This document shows, piece after piece, positions 52,866-64,000 of a DNA stretch of 64,000 nt (positions are counted from its first letter, which is position 1; each line of letters opens with the position of its first letter). Source of the DNA: Octopus bimaculoides (lineage: Eukaryota). The stretch is taken from NCBI RefSeq assembly GCF_001194135.2, contig NC_068983.1:111946847-112010846 (forward strand). The letters are read 5' to 3'. A program made the translations under genes and the position numbers. Below the pieces are notes generated by a model. That model made no database searches. It was not told where the DNA came from and worked only from the letters and a program-made list of their open reading frames with translations.

Positions 52866-55615
52866 TACTCTTTTATTCTTTTACTTGTTTCAGTCATTTG
52901 ACTGCGGCCATGCTAGGGCACTGCCTTTTAGTCGAGCAGATCGACACCAGGACTTTTTAAGCCTAGTACTTATTCTATCGGTCTCTTTTTGCCGAACCGC
53001 TAAGTTACGGGGACGTAAACACACCAGCCTCGGTTGTCAAGCGAAGTTGGGGGGGGGGTACAAACACAGACACACATACAAATATATATACATATATACA
53101 ACAGGCTTCTTTCAGTTTCCGTCTACCAAATCCACTCACAAGGCTTTGGTTGGCCCGAGGCTATATTAGAAGACACTTGCCCAAGGTGTCATGCAGTAGG
53201 ACTGAACCCAGAACCATATGGTTGGTAAGCAAGTTACTTACCACACAGCCACTCCTGCGCCTATAATATTTTGGAGTTAAACAGCTCTAACACCTGTTCT
53301 TTAATAAACTCTTTTGCACCACATCTTCTGCTATAGCTTTGGGGCTGACCAAAGTCTTGTGAGTAGATTTTGTTGATAAAAATTGGAACAAACCCACAGT
53401 ACATATATATATCAGCAACCACATCATCATCATTTAACATCCATTGTCCATGCTGCACGGATTGGACGGTTTGACTCATATTGGCAAGCTAGGGAGCTGC
53501 ACCAGACTCCTGTCTGATTTGTCATGGTTTTTATGGCTGGACACCTTCCCTAACAACAACCACTTAACAGAGTGTGCTGGGAGCTTTTACATATATATCT
53601 TTTTACCCTTTTCCTTGCTTCAGTCATCAAACTGTGGTCAAGCTGGGACACCACCTTGAAGAATTTAAGTTGAACAAATTGATCCCCAGTACCTATTTTT
53701 TTTAAAGCCTGATATTTATTCCATCAGCCTATTTTGCCAAACTGCTGTATTATAAGGATGTAAACAGGCCAACACCAGTTGTCAAGCAGTCAGAGGTTAC
53801 AAATACATACACAAAGAGACACACACACATATAGATACATACATACATACCGGACAGGCTTCTTTCAGTTTCTGTCACCACATCTACTCACAAGGCTTTG
53901 GTCAATCCAAGGCTTAAGTAGAAGACATTTTCCCAAGGTTACATACATTGGGACTGAACCCAGAACTATGTGGTTGGGAAGCAAACTTCTTACCACACAG
54001 TCACACCATGAGTGTGTGTGTGTGTGTGCATGTACCTTTGGTTTCACGTGTTGTAAGTGAGGATCACCACCATACAAGTGATGTTGTATAGCCAGAGGAA
54101 ATACTATCTTGCTTGGAAACAAAGCGAGGATTGGTGACAGGAGAGGGCATTGGTCATAGCAAATCTGCCTCAACAAATTACACCTGACCCATGCAAGCAT
54201 TGGAAAAGTGGACGTTAAAGGATGATGAAAATATTCTTTATTACTATTTATCAACTACTTTAACATATTAGATGTATTTGTTTATTTTCACTCTAAACAA
54301 AATATTAAATATTTCAATGTTTAAGTTCATGACATTTGGTTGGCGTTAGGAAGGGCATCCAGCTGTAGAAACTCTGCCAAATTAGATTGGAGCCTGGTGT
54401 TGCCATCCGGTTTCATCAGTCCTCAGTCAAATCGTTCAACCGATGCTAGCATGGAAAGCGGACGTTAAACGATGATGATGATGATGATGAAAAGTGGTAT
54501 TTGGTAACTAGGGGGAGGTGGGGCAAGTTGGTTATATTGACCTGTGTTCAACTGCTATTTATTTTATTGACCCTGAAAGAGATGACAGGCAAAGTCGACC
54601 TCAGTGGAATATGAACTCAGAATGTGAAGATGGACAAAATGCTACTAAGCATTTTGCTCCACATGATAATGAATCTGCCAGTTCACCACCTTAAATTTAT
54701 TAGTGAATAATATTGTGAATAATTGGCATTATTTAATGGTCATCATGTCTGTCTGGAGGAAACTAAATCTCTTTAGAAACCTGCAGTCTCCCAACCATGA
54801 GTGTAATTGTAATAAGCCTCAAGGAGTTCTCTAAGTTCCACTAGTAATTCAGATTTTGAATTATGAACAAAGTGCAGCAGATTTAGAAAACCAAGTGGAG
54901 AGTATTTTCTTTCATGATGTGTCTCTTTTGGTAGCAATGATCACGAAGCATGCAGACTATCTGGTAACATGGTTTCCCATTGTAAAATGATAAATATTTT
55001 ATTGTCAAAGATAACAGTTTCAGATAATTCCACCATACATTTTACACTGAGTTACCTGAGTAACTCTAAAGGATTTTATGGCTTGCATTAGAAATTGTTT
55101 CAACTTGAAAGACAGAAAGAAGCACCTCATCACCCTCAACCAATCTGATTAAATAACGATATATCAAAGAACAGAAAAGTGAGGAGTTCTAATTTTTTAT
55201 CTTTTACTTGTTTTAGTCATATGAGTGCAGCCATGTTGGGGCACCACATTGAAGGGTTCTAGCTGAACAAATCAGACCCCAGGACTTATTTATATTATTT
55301 TTAAGCCTAGTACTTATTCTATTGACCTCTCTTGCTGAACTGCTAAGTTATGGGGTTTTAACACACCAAAACTGGTTGCCAAGCAGTGATGTTGGGACAA
55401 ACAGACACATACATACATATATATATATATATAATATATTATGTATATACGACTGGCTTTTTTTACTTTCTGTCTACAAAATCCACTCACAAGGCTTTGG
55501 TTGGCCCAAGGCTATAGTAGAAGACACCTGCCCAAGGTGCATCAGAGTGCAAGTGAACCCAGAACCATGTGGTTGGGAAGCAAGCTTCTTACAACACAGC
55601 CACACCTGTGCGTAC
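52866..55615 (-). mobile_element. Three SINE family 1 copies: 52866-53261, 53600-54010, 55190-55615
   Basis: Reverse complements of 44493-44894. Confidence 0.85.
54337..54489 (+). mobile_element. Young RTE 3' end
   Basis: 4 mismatches in about 152 nt versus the reverse complement of 59221-59374. Confidence 0.9.
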
Positions 55616-56350
55616 CTTCTTACAATAAAACTTGTACTATGCTTTATATAGATGAATGGGAAAAAAAATCTATCGATTATAGCAAGTATGCATTTGAATT
55701 ATTAAAATGAGGAAGATGTTTAAGGTCTATGGAGAAGGGTCCAAATGGACAGGAAGCTTTTATAAGAGAAGTATCTTTCAGATGATAAAAGGTTAGATTT
55801 TATTACTTATACCTCATTGACAGAAAACTGTAGGTTATGTGCTTTAATAAAATAAAGCATTATTTTTATAGCAGGGAATATATATATATACTATGGAATT
55901 ATGGAGTAATTCTAAATTTTTAGGAGTAGTAGTACTACAAGCATGAAACGGATCAACTAAAAGTTTTTTCACGCCTCATCTTTAGTTTATATAGTGAGTG
56001 AGAGGAGAAGAGAGAAAGAGGAGAGACGGAAGTTTGATTCTAAAGCAATTTTATTTTTCCAATACTTTATTGTCAAACATGAATGAAATAGACCTTTGAG
56101 CTGTCATTGAATTAAAATATTTCCTGAGGAAATGTATCAATTTTTTTCACAGCATCTGCAACTGTGTAAGCTTAATTTTTGACAATGTGGTTAGAGATTT
56201 TTTTTTTTTTTTAGAATTATTTAAGGACCTTGTGTAAAATACTACCAGTCTACCAATATGTGATAATGATGTAGTGGTAGTTCCACCAATAGCATTTGTT
56301 TCATTGCTAAAACAAGTGACTTTTATTTGTAGTTACAGCTGCCTGTTTAA

Positions 56351-56751
56351 CCCTTTCAATTAATTCTTAAGATAATTAAGAATTTAGTCAAATTTTGTCA
56401 GTATCCAGCTGGTGTTTAGATCATAAATTAACACGAAGTTTTGAAGGAATGTTTCAGTTTACCTTTTAGCTTTTCAATAGGCCATATTAGGCCCAAATAG
56501 TCTATCTGTTTTATGTTCAAACTAACCAGATCCAGCCTCTTAAATCTACTCTATGATGTCATTCTAAAAAAAATATAATCACATCATTGAAATTTTAAAG
56601 CTATGAGATAATGCATGAATTTAAAAGAATGTGAATGAATAAGTAATATATCTGACAGTAATCTGAATGCTAAAGAGTTAAATCTCTTTTAAACAAGGAA
56701 GTTTGTATCACAGGAACAAAGTCAGTCTCAAGAAGGCTGATATTAAAAAGG
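56351..56751. mobile_element. TTAA-flanked MITE A with nested TTAA MITE B (about 56459-56681)
   Basis: TTAA|CCCTTT..AAAGG|TTAA. The outer element matches 51925-52107; the inner one is the reverse complement of the split MITE at 59174-60983. Confidence 0.7.
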
Positions 56752-57596
56752 TTAATATTTCTAATAGAATCAATATATTTAATGATATAATTTCAGAGAA
56801 AAATTTGAATCAACGAAGGGCTTAATTCTTGAAGAACAGTTAAGGATTTATTTGGCATAGTATGTGCAGAACTTGAGTGTCTACGACAAGTAATTTTCTA
56901 CCATTCTGAGGTAGCAATAACTCTTGAAGTGGTTGAAGACATTCTGGATTGAAATGCAATTTTCTACGTAAAAATCTTTTTAGATAACCTAAGAAATTAT
57001 AAAAATATTACACAATAGAGGCTTTTACTGTGCTCTGATTTCGTTTTACCATGATGCAATATGTACATACACACACATATATATACAGGCATTAGGAAGA
57101 ACATCCAGCTGTAGAAACCAAGCCGAAACAGACTATGGAACCTGGTGTGTCCCCTGGCCTGGCCAGTTATTGTGAAGCTCTTCAACCCATGCCAGGGTGG
57201 AAAACGGATGGTAAATGATGATGATGGTTATTTTCAATTATTTTTGTCAGTGAAATCATTGTTGACTAGCTGAAACACTGATACACCAAATGTTTGGAGC
57301 AGCTATAAGAACTTCTATAAACATATGTAGTGTCCTAGTAACCTTGGAAACTGATATATGTTACCAAGATCAATTCTGCTATAATATATATTTGAATATA
57401 ACAAAGATCCTCTATGAGGAGAATGGGATAAGTATAAAAATCAGCATTTTAACAATGGTTAATAGTTTGAGAGAAATCTGCAAAAGGCCTTTTCTTCCTG
57501 GAATTACCAGTAATAGGCAAAACCTGAACCTTTCATGGTGAATTACCTGATTCTGTTTTCTCTGAGAATTTTTAAAATTTCTGCATTTGACACCTC

Positions 57597-58552
57597 AGAC
57601 AGAAATAATTGCAGAGGTATCAAATTGCTGGTCCAGGTGATGAAAGTTAAAGAAAGTTTTATGGCTCAACTAATTAGGAAGAGAGTTAGCCTAGATGAGA
57701 TGCAGTTTGGTTTTGTGCCTCGGAGAAACACGACTGATGCTATCTCCTTGGTGAGGTAGAAGTATTTAGCCAAAAATAATAACCCTCTGTTGTTGGCTTA
57801 TGTTGACTTGGAAAAAGCTTTTGACAGGGTCTCCTGCTTCCTTATCTGTTGGGCAATGCAGAAGCTAGGGATAGATGAGTGACTGGTGAGAGCTGTACAA
57901 GCCATGAACAGGGGTGCTGTCAGTGAGATGAAAATTGGCAATGAGTGCAACAAGGGATCTAGTGTACAGGTAATTCACCAAGGATCGGTTTCCTGCCCTT
58001 TCTTGTTTATCATAGTCCTCCAGGCCATAACAGAGGAATTTAAGACTGGCTGCCATCGGGAGCTCTTCTGCACTGATGACCTTGTTCTTATAGCTGAATC
58101 ACTACCAAAACTAGAAAGGAAATTTCAGGTGTGGAAGCAAAATTTGGAATCAAAGGATTTAGAGTTAATTTAGTAAAGACCAAAGCCCTAATAAGTAGGA
58201 AAACAGACAAATCACTGATCCCTTCAGGGAGATGGCCCTACTTGATATGTAGAAAGGGTGTTGGAAGAAACTCCACATGATGTAATCAGTGCAAGCTATG
58301 GACACAGGAGATGCATTGGTATCACAAGAAAGTTAATAGAAAAAGTAGTATTTGTATGCAATTACAATAAACACTTGGTATGTACAGAAAACAGACTCTC
58401 TCAAATGTCCGGGGAGAGGAGATCTAATTTCCATTACCTAGGTGACTGAGTCAAGGGAGGAGAAAGCTCTGAAAGCGTAGTTGCTAGAATAAGAATGGGC
58501 TGGGCAAAGTTTAGGCAAGTTGCTACCTCTGTTGGTAACAAAGGGCTTCTTC
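57597..58552 (+). mobile_element. RTE RT fragment with Cys-rich insert, degraded
   Basis: RNNCRGIKLL, MQFGFVP..TTDAI, AYVDLEKAFDRV, HQGSV..PFLFIIV, TDDLVLIAES. Confidence 0.9.
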
Positions 58553-59173
58553 CTGGTTATTAGGTTTTGACGAAGATCGTTCAAATTTTCTCATTATTGT
58601 CAGTCCCTTAGAAGTGACAGGCAGTTGATACAACATTACGTTAGACTGAGCTTGTTCCAAAGATCTAGCCAGTTAGATCTAGCACTAACCCACTTCCAAA
58701 GTGTTATTCTCTAGCAGCCAGGTCCTCATAATGGTTGATTGTATTAAGAACTTCTTAGAAATGATGATTTATATTCTTCAGCCATTACTGCTCTAAAATT
58801 AAAATCATATATTATAAATAAATTAAATAGAAATTCATCTACTTTTCTGTTAGGCTTTTGAAATTGCATAAACAAAAAGTGTCTCATATATTTCAGAAGA
58901 TCATTTCGTATAAACTTTTTTTTCTTTTTAAAGCATTATCCTAAGCTGAAAAATCTAGTATAATTGTTACCAATTTTAAACTCAAAATGTAGAAATAAAT
59001 GCTCTAATTTATTAGGATTAAGGTCGGGATTGATATGTTAGGAAATTTCTAAAAATCTCCTAATTCATAACTGAAACACCTTATTAAACAAAACAAAAAT
59101 AATCTGCTGTAAAGCTAAATTTGTATGGCCTAATTATCTTAATGATTTTGAATCAGTAACTAATAAATTTTAA

Positions 59174-60983
59174 CCCTTTAGCATTCAGATTACTCTGTCA
59201 AATATAATGTTTATTTATATTCATCATCATCATCATCATCGTTTAACGTCCGCCTTCCATGCTAGCATGGGTTGGACGATTTGACTGAGGACTGGTGAAA
59301 CCGGATGGCAACACCAGGCTCCAATCTAATTTGGCAGAGTTTCTACAGCTGGATGCCCTTCCTAACGCCAACCACTCAGAGAGTGTAGTGGGTGCTTTTA
59401 CGTGTCACCCGCACGAAAACGGACACGCTCGAAATGGTGTCTTTTATGTGCCACCCGCACAAGAGCCAGTCCAGGGTCACCGGCAACGATCTCGCTCAAA
59501 AAACCTCATGTATCACCCGCAAGCCGGCCCAGGGGCACCGGCAACNNNNNNNNNNNNNNNNNNNNNNNNNNNNNNNNNNNNNNNNNNNNNNNNNNNNNNN
59601 NNNNNNNNNNNNNNNNNNNNNNNNNNNNNNNNNNNNNNNNNNNNNNNNNNNNNNNNNNNNNNNNNNNNNNNNNNNNNNNNNNNNNNNNNNNNNNNNNNNN
59701 NNNNNNNNNNNNNNNNNNNNNNNNNNNNNNNNNNNNNNNNNNNNNNNNNNNNNNNNNNNNNNNNNNNNNNNNNNNNNNNNNNNNNNNNNNNNNNNNNNNN
59801 NNNNNNNNNNNNNNNNNNNNNNNNNNNNNNNNNNNNNNNNNNNNNNNNNNNNNNNNNNNNNNNNNNNNNNNNNNNNNNNNNNNNNNNNNNNNNNNNNNNN
59901 NNNNNNNNNNNNNNNNNNNNNNNNNNNNNNNNNNNNNNNNNNNNNNNNNNNNNNNNNNNNNNNNNNNNNNNNNNNNNNNNNNNNNNNNNNNNNNNNNNNN
60001 NNNNNNNNNNNNNNNNNNNNNNNNNNNNNNNNNNNNNNNNNNNNNNNNNNNNNNNNNNNNNNNNNNNNNNNNNNNNNNNNNNNNNNNNNNNNNNNNNNNN
60101 NNNNNNNNNNNNNNNNNNNNNNNNNNNNNNNNNNNNNNNNNNNNNNNNNNNNNNNNNNNNNNNNNNNNNNNNNNNNNNNNNNNNNNNNNNNNNNNNNNNN
60201 NNNNNNNNNNNNNNNNNNNNNNNNNNNNNNNNNNNNNNNNNNNNNNNNNNNNNNNNNNNNNNNNNNNNNNNNNNNNNNNNNNNNNNNNNNNNNNNNNNNN
60301 NNNNNNNNNNNNNNNNNNNNNNNNNNNNNNNNNNNNNNNNNNNNNNNNNNNNNNNNNNNNNNNNNNNNNNNNNNNNNNNNNNNNNNNNNNNNNNNNNNNN
60401 NNNNNNNNNNNNNNNNNNNNNNNNNNNNNNNNNNNNNNNNNNNNNNNNNNNNNNNNNNNNNNNNNNNNNNNNNNNNNNNNNNNNNNNNNNNNNNNNNNNN
60501 NNNNNNNNNNNNNNNNNNNNNNNNNNNNNNNNNNNNNNNNNNCGATCCCGCTCGAAAGATTTCATGTGTCGCCCGCACATGAGCCAATCCGGGGGCACTG
60601 GCAAACGATCCCGCTCGAAACATTTCATGTGTCGCCCGCACATGAGCCAGTCCAGGGGCACCGGCAACGATCTCGCTCGAAAAACCTCATGTGTCACCCG
60701 CACAAGAGCCAGTCCAGGGTCACTGGCAACGAACTCGCTCGAAAGATATCATGTGTCGCCCGCACATGGGCCAGTCCTCCAGGGGCACTGGCAACGATCC
60801 CGCTCGAAAGATTTGTTTTGAATTAATCCTGCATTATGTCATAGCTTTGAGATTTCAACGATGTGATTCTTTAGTTTTAAAATGATGTTATAGGATTGAT
60901 GTGAGAAGCTGGATCTGGCCAGTTACAACATAAAACAGGTTTAAACATTTTGACCTGATATGGCCAGTTTGAATGCTAAAGGG
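59174..60983. mobile_element. piggyBac-like MITE B (TTAA TSD, perfect 14-bp TIR CCCTTTAGCATTCA) split by an RTE-tail insertion
   Basis: TTAA at 59170-59173 and 60984-60987; left part 59174-59220, right part about 60812-60983. Confidence 0.85.
59221..60813 (-). mobile_element. Young RTE 3' tail plus expanded tandem array of about 62 bp (gap 59546-60542)
   Basis: Tail 59221-59418; visible units of 62-65 bp on both sides of the gap. Confidence 0.88.
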
Positions 60984-60989
60984 TTAAAT

Positions 60990-61232
60990 TATGGGTTCTC
61001 AACTGGGGTCCACCTAAGATTTTGTAGTTAAAATTTGTGTACAATAAAATTGCTTATACTTCTACAATACACAAAATATTTTTACAATTGCGCTTTCTTA
61101 ATACAATTCTTAATGATATTTAATTATAAAAATATATCATGAATTTTTAAAACATTGAATGACTACAGGGATACATATAAGTAAGATAGAAATACAAGGG
61201 GCCTATAGATATAAAATGGTTGAGAAACAGTT
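60990..61232. mobile_element. Probable hAT-like MITE
   Basis: Terminal GGTTCTCAAC and GTTGAGAAAC (9/10 inverted match); TSD not clear. Confidence 0.45.
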
Positions 61233-61913
61233 CCAAATAGACTAAACTGATGTGATAAAGTTCCAAGCAGTATCATTTAATTCAAGACATAATTGCTAGC
61301 AACCGTAGATGCTATGGTACTGCAAGATATAAGGGACATAACTACTTACAATAGTTATACAGCTCTTACCAACACAATTTATATATTAAAAATTAATAAA
61401 ATGTAAACAGCTGTGATCACTGTCAACATTTAACTCAAGTACAGAAAGTAATTTGCTATGTACATCACCGAGTGTGTCTTGTTTGCATTATGACTTGTTG
61501 TATTGTATATGGAAATCCCCTTAGAGTAAAAACTTTTACACAGATTTCTCACTCCATTGCTTAATGGTATTAAAGCATTTCTCTGCATTGTGAATAATTG
61601 AGACACCAGGATTTGTTGTAACAATTGAGATTTGATAATGGAATCTGACAAGATAAGAGGGAAGACAAAAGAAAATATAAAAGATAAAAGAAATGGAAAA
61701 TCTGAAGTGGCAGAAATAAAGAAACAAATGTAAGTAAAAAGGGGTGGAGAGAGAGAGAGAGAGAGTTTAAGAAATTTGAAATGCAAATATTTCTTCTGGT
61801 GAAAAAGTAATATAAGAAATAAAGACAAACACAATAGATGTTTGTATATATTTTATAAAACTGTCGGCGGAAGTCCTTGAAATTACCTGTGATATCTAAA
61901 TGTCAACGAGTGA

Positions 61914-64000
61914 TCAGTTTTGAAATGTATCATTGTATTGCAGCTGTTGAAAGAATTCTGTTTGGTTCTGCATATTAACCATTGGTAAAGATTCCTTATT
62001 AGATGCTTGTTCAGCAACCAATAACAGGCTAGCAATGTTCTCAATCACTTGTTGGTTATTCTCAGAGTCATGTTCCTGGTCAGTATGCTGAATCAAATAA
62101 TGTATTGTATTGTCTACATTTGACACCTCTACTAATAACGGTGCAGTTGGTACATCGTAATTGCTACCCTCTGCAGCTGGCAGTAATTCTTCACAGCACT
62201 CTTCAGAAGAATTCATGTCATTTTTAGGGAGTTCTTCAGATATATCTTCAACAGGTTGTTCATTAGACATATCCATCTCTGAATTTATACTTTCATCAAT
62301 ATTGTGTGCTTTTTTAAGGTGATTTTCAAGAAATTTCTTTTCAAGGAAACCTTGCTTACATTTATTGCAACGATGAGGGAAGTATGATAAGTGTTCCTGA
62401 TGTATATGCTCAACTAGTTTGGCTTTGTAGTAAAAGCCTGTCTTACAATATGTACAATAAAGGAGATCTTCAGCAGTTCGGTTATATTTGAATCGGTTGC
62501 GCTGAGAATTTGTCACAACAAAATCAGTATCATTATGAACTTGTGTCATGTGAGCTCGCAACGTTTTGGATCTAGTGAAACCCATATTACAGATTTTGCA
62601 AGTGAAAGTGTATAAATTAAAATGTAATAACTGAACATGAGCAACCATACTTGCCTTTTGACTAAACCCTTTTCCACAGTAAGAACAGTGAAACAGTTCC
62701 TTTTGAGGCTGATGAAGAATTCGCATGTGTCGAATATAATTGTTCTCAAACCAAAAGCTTTTATTACACTGTTTGCAGACAATCATTTTAGATATATCTG
62801 AACCATGAATTCTTTTGTGACGATTTAGTTGAGATTTCCTATAAAATTCTTTTTTACATGTTGGACAAGAGAATTGGCGGATTCCTTCATGGATCTCTTG
62901 AATGTGCTGCTTGAGAGTGGCAGCCCACTTGAATTTAGCAGGACACAAATGGCATAAGTTAGATTTCCCTTTGACATAATGAACAGAATGCACATGATTC
63001 CGGAGGCTTTTCAAATTCTTGTAAGACTTGCCACATTGGCTACATATTTGAGAATCGACTTGGAAATGTACACGGTCTTCATGATCTTGGAGCAAATATC
63101 GGTTCTGAAGAGTAGCATCACACTTACTACACTTGACAACTTTTAGTTTCTTCAGCTCAGTTACGTATTCAGAGAAATCAGACTCATCTGCATGAAATTT
63201 CTTCACATGTTCATCCACACCAGTGTAGTCACAGAACATTTTTTGGCAATAACGACATTGAACGACACGCACATTATTCCTTTTCCTACGTCCTGGTTTG
63301 TGCATTTTGCCACTGCCTGTATCATTCTTCTGTTTGCCGGAAATGAGCTCATGTTTTTCATATATGGCTGCCGTTGTTGAAAGGTTTGATCCTGTTACAT
63401 CATCAGCTTGTACACTTTCTGAATTCCTTCCTGAGGTTGTTATATCTTCTACAGCTGTACTTTCTAAAAGTTGCATAATATTACTAGATACATCAGTAAC
63501 TTTTGACTTGGGGATTTCAGAGGCAACAACATTGCTACCCTTCTTTCCTTGATTAGCTAAATGTTTCACTCCACGTAGCATAATGCGTTTTGATTGACGA
63601 GTCACCAAACGAGCTTCTTTTGGATCACACTCACTCTTATTTTGATTACACTCTGCCTTATTTGACATCTGTTTTGGTTTGCGGCCTCGTTTCTTGTGAG
63701 GTTTCGCAGCCGAGTTTTGAGCTTCGATGAAGGAATCACAGACTTCTGTTTCCGTGGAAACCAAATTTTTTTTTAGATCATCGACAGTTGTTCTCACACT
63801 GTGCAGCACTTCTGCATTTGTAACACTTCCGGAACAATACAAAAATGAAGTTTGAGAAACTTGCGGAGGTAACTCACAAAATGAACTATTTTCATTAATT
63901 TCTTCATTGTTGTGAAGAACTTTTGAAGATGGTGACAATGACGACGCTTGAAGATCTTGTGAAGATATCTTGCTTAAAGATGCATCAGAATGATCTGCTT
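61914..64000 (-). CDS. C2H2 zinc-finger protein, 10 fingers (array about 62304-63257), AT-hook-like KKRGRKPK and basic PGRRKR motifs upstream, acidic C-terminus; 5'-partial
   Basis: 674-codon ORF with ten C-x2-C...H-x3/4-H motifs (CRYC, CSKC, CSQC, CHLC, CPTC, CKQC, CSYC, CKIC, CTYC, CNKC). The listed start is a TTG; by manual translation the frame stays open to 64000 (..ADHSDASLSKISSQDLQASS), so the true start or exon boundary lies outside the window. Stop TGA at 61914-61916. Confidence 0.93.
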   Translation of the reverse strand, partial: ADHSDASLSKISSQDLQASSLSPSSKVLHNNEEINENSSFCELPPQVSQTSFLYCSGSVTNAEVLHSVRTTVDDLKKNLVSTETEVCDSFIEAQNSAAKPHKKRGRKPKQMSNKAECNQNKSECDPKEARLVTRQSKRIMLRGVKHLANQGKKGSNVVASEIPKSKVTDVSSNIMQLLESTAVEDITTSGRNSESVQADDVTGSNLSTTAAIYEKHELISGKQKNDTGSGKMHKPGRRKRNNVRVVQCRYCQKMFCDYTGVDEHVKKFHADESDFSEYVTELKKLKVVKCSKCDATLQNRYLLQDHEDRVHFQVDSQICSQCGKSYKNLKSLRNHVHSVHYVKGKSNLCHLCPAKFKWAATLKQHIQEIHEGIRQFSCPTCKKEFYRKSQLNRHKRIHGSDISKMIVCKQCNKSFWFENNYIRHMRILHQPQKELFHCSYCGKGFSQKASMVAHVQLLHFNLYTFTCKICNMGFTRSKTLRAHMTQVHNDTDFVVTNSQRNRFKYNRTAEDLLYCTYCKTGFYYKAKLVEHIHQEHLSYFPHRCNKCKQGFLEKKFLENHLKKAHNIDESINSEMDMSNEQPVEDISEELPKNDMNSSEECCEELLPAAEGSNYDVPTAPLLVEVSNVDNTIHYLIQHTDQEHDSENNQQVIENIASLLLVAEQASNKESLPMVNMQNQTEFFQQLQYNDTFQN

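Noticed and set aside
59400-60813. CRISPR-like array
   Set aside because: Units are contiguous near-identical tandem copies with no unique spacers, no cas genes are present, and the context is eukaryotic.
59295-60826. Long ORFs of 381-508 aa
   Set aside because: They are artefacts of translating through about 1 kb of N; the flanks are the RTE UTR and tandem repeat.
62546-63552. Small ORFs overlapping the ZNF exon
   Set aside because: Alternative-frame or antisense shadows of the real CDS.

Overview
Eukaryotic, AT-rich, microsatellite- and transposon-dense draft-assembly DNA with eight N-gaps. The repeat families and the zinc-finger gene suggest a coleoid cephalopod (Octopus-like); this is inference from pattern recognition, not a database result. 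Only one host gene is well supported: a single long coding exon of a 10-finger C2H2 protein on the minus strand (61914 to the window edge, 5'-truncated). The rest is layered mobile DNA. Retroelements: RTE LINE fragments and many short copies of their (GAT)n-tailed 3' end, two R4/Dong-like RLE elements, a CR1/L2-like element, Penelope-like (PLE) RT and GIY-YIG relics, and about five tRNA-headed SINE families. DNA transposons: mariner and DD37D-type Tc1/mariner relics, a hAT transposase relic, TTAA and hAT MITEs, a Helitron 5' portion and a Helentron-type HINE. The most interesting observations are (1) a nearly canonical minimal hammerhead ribozyme behind a PLE endonuclease with C instead of U at position 16.1, (2) a young RTE tail carrying an expanded 62-bp double-hairpin tandem array inserted into a TTAA MITE, and (3) several fold-back or inverted structures, including a perfect 65-bp-arm palindrome. 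I found no clear evidence of a wholly new multi-gene system. Boundaries of degraded elements are approximate (tens of bp).
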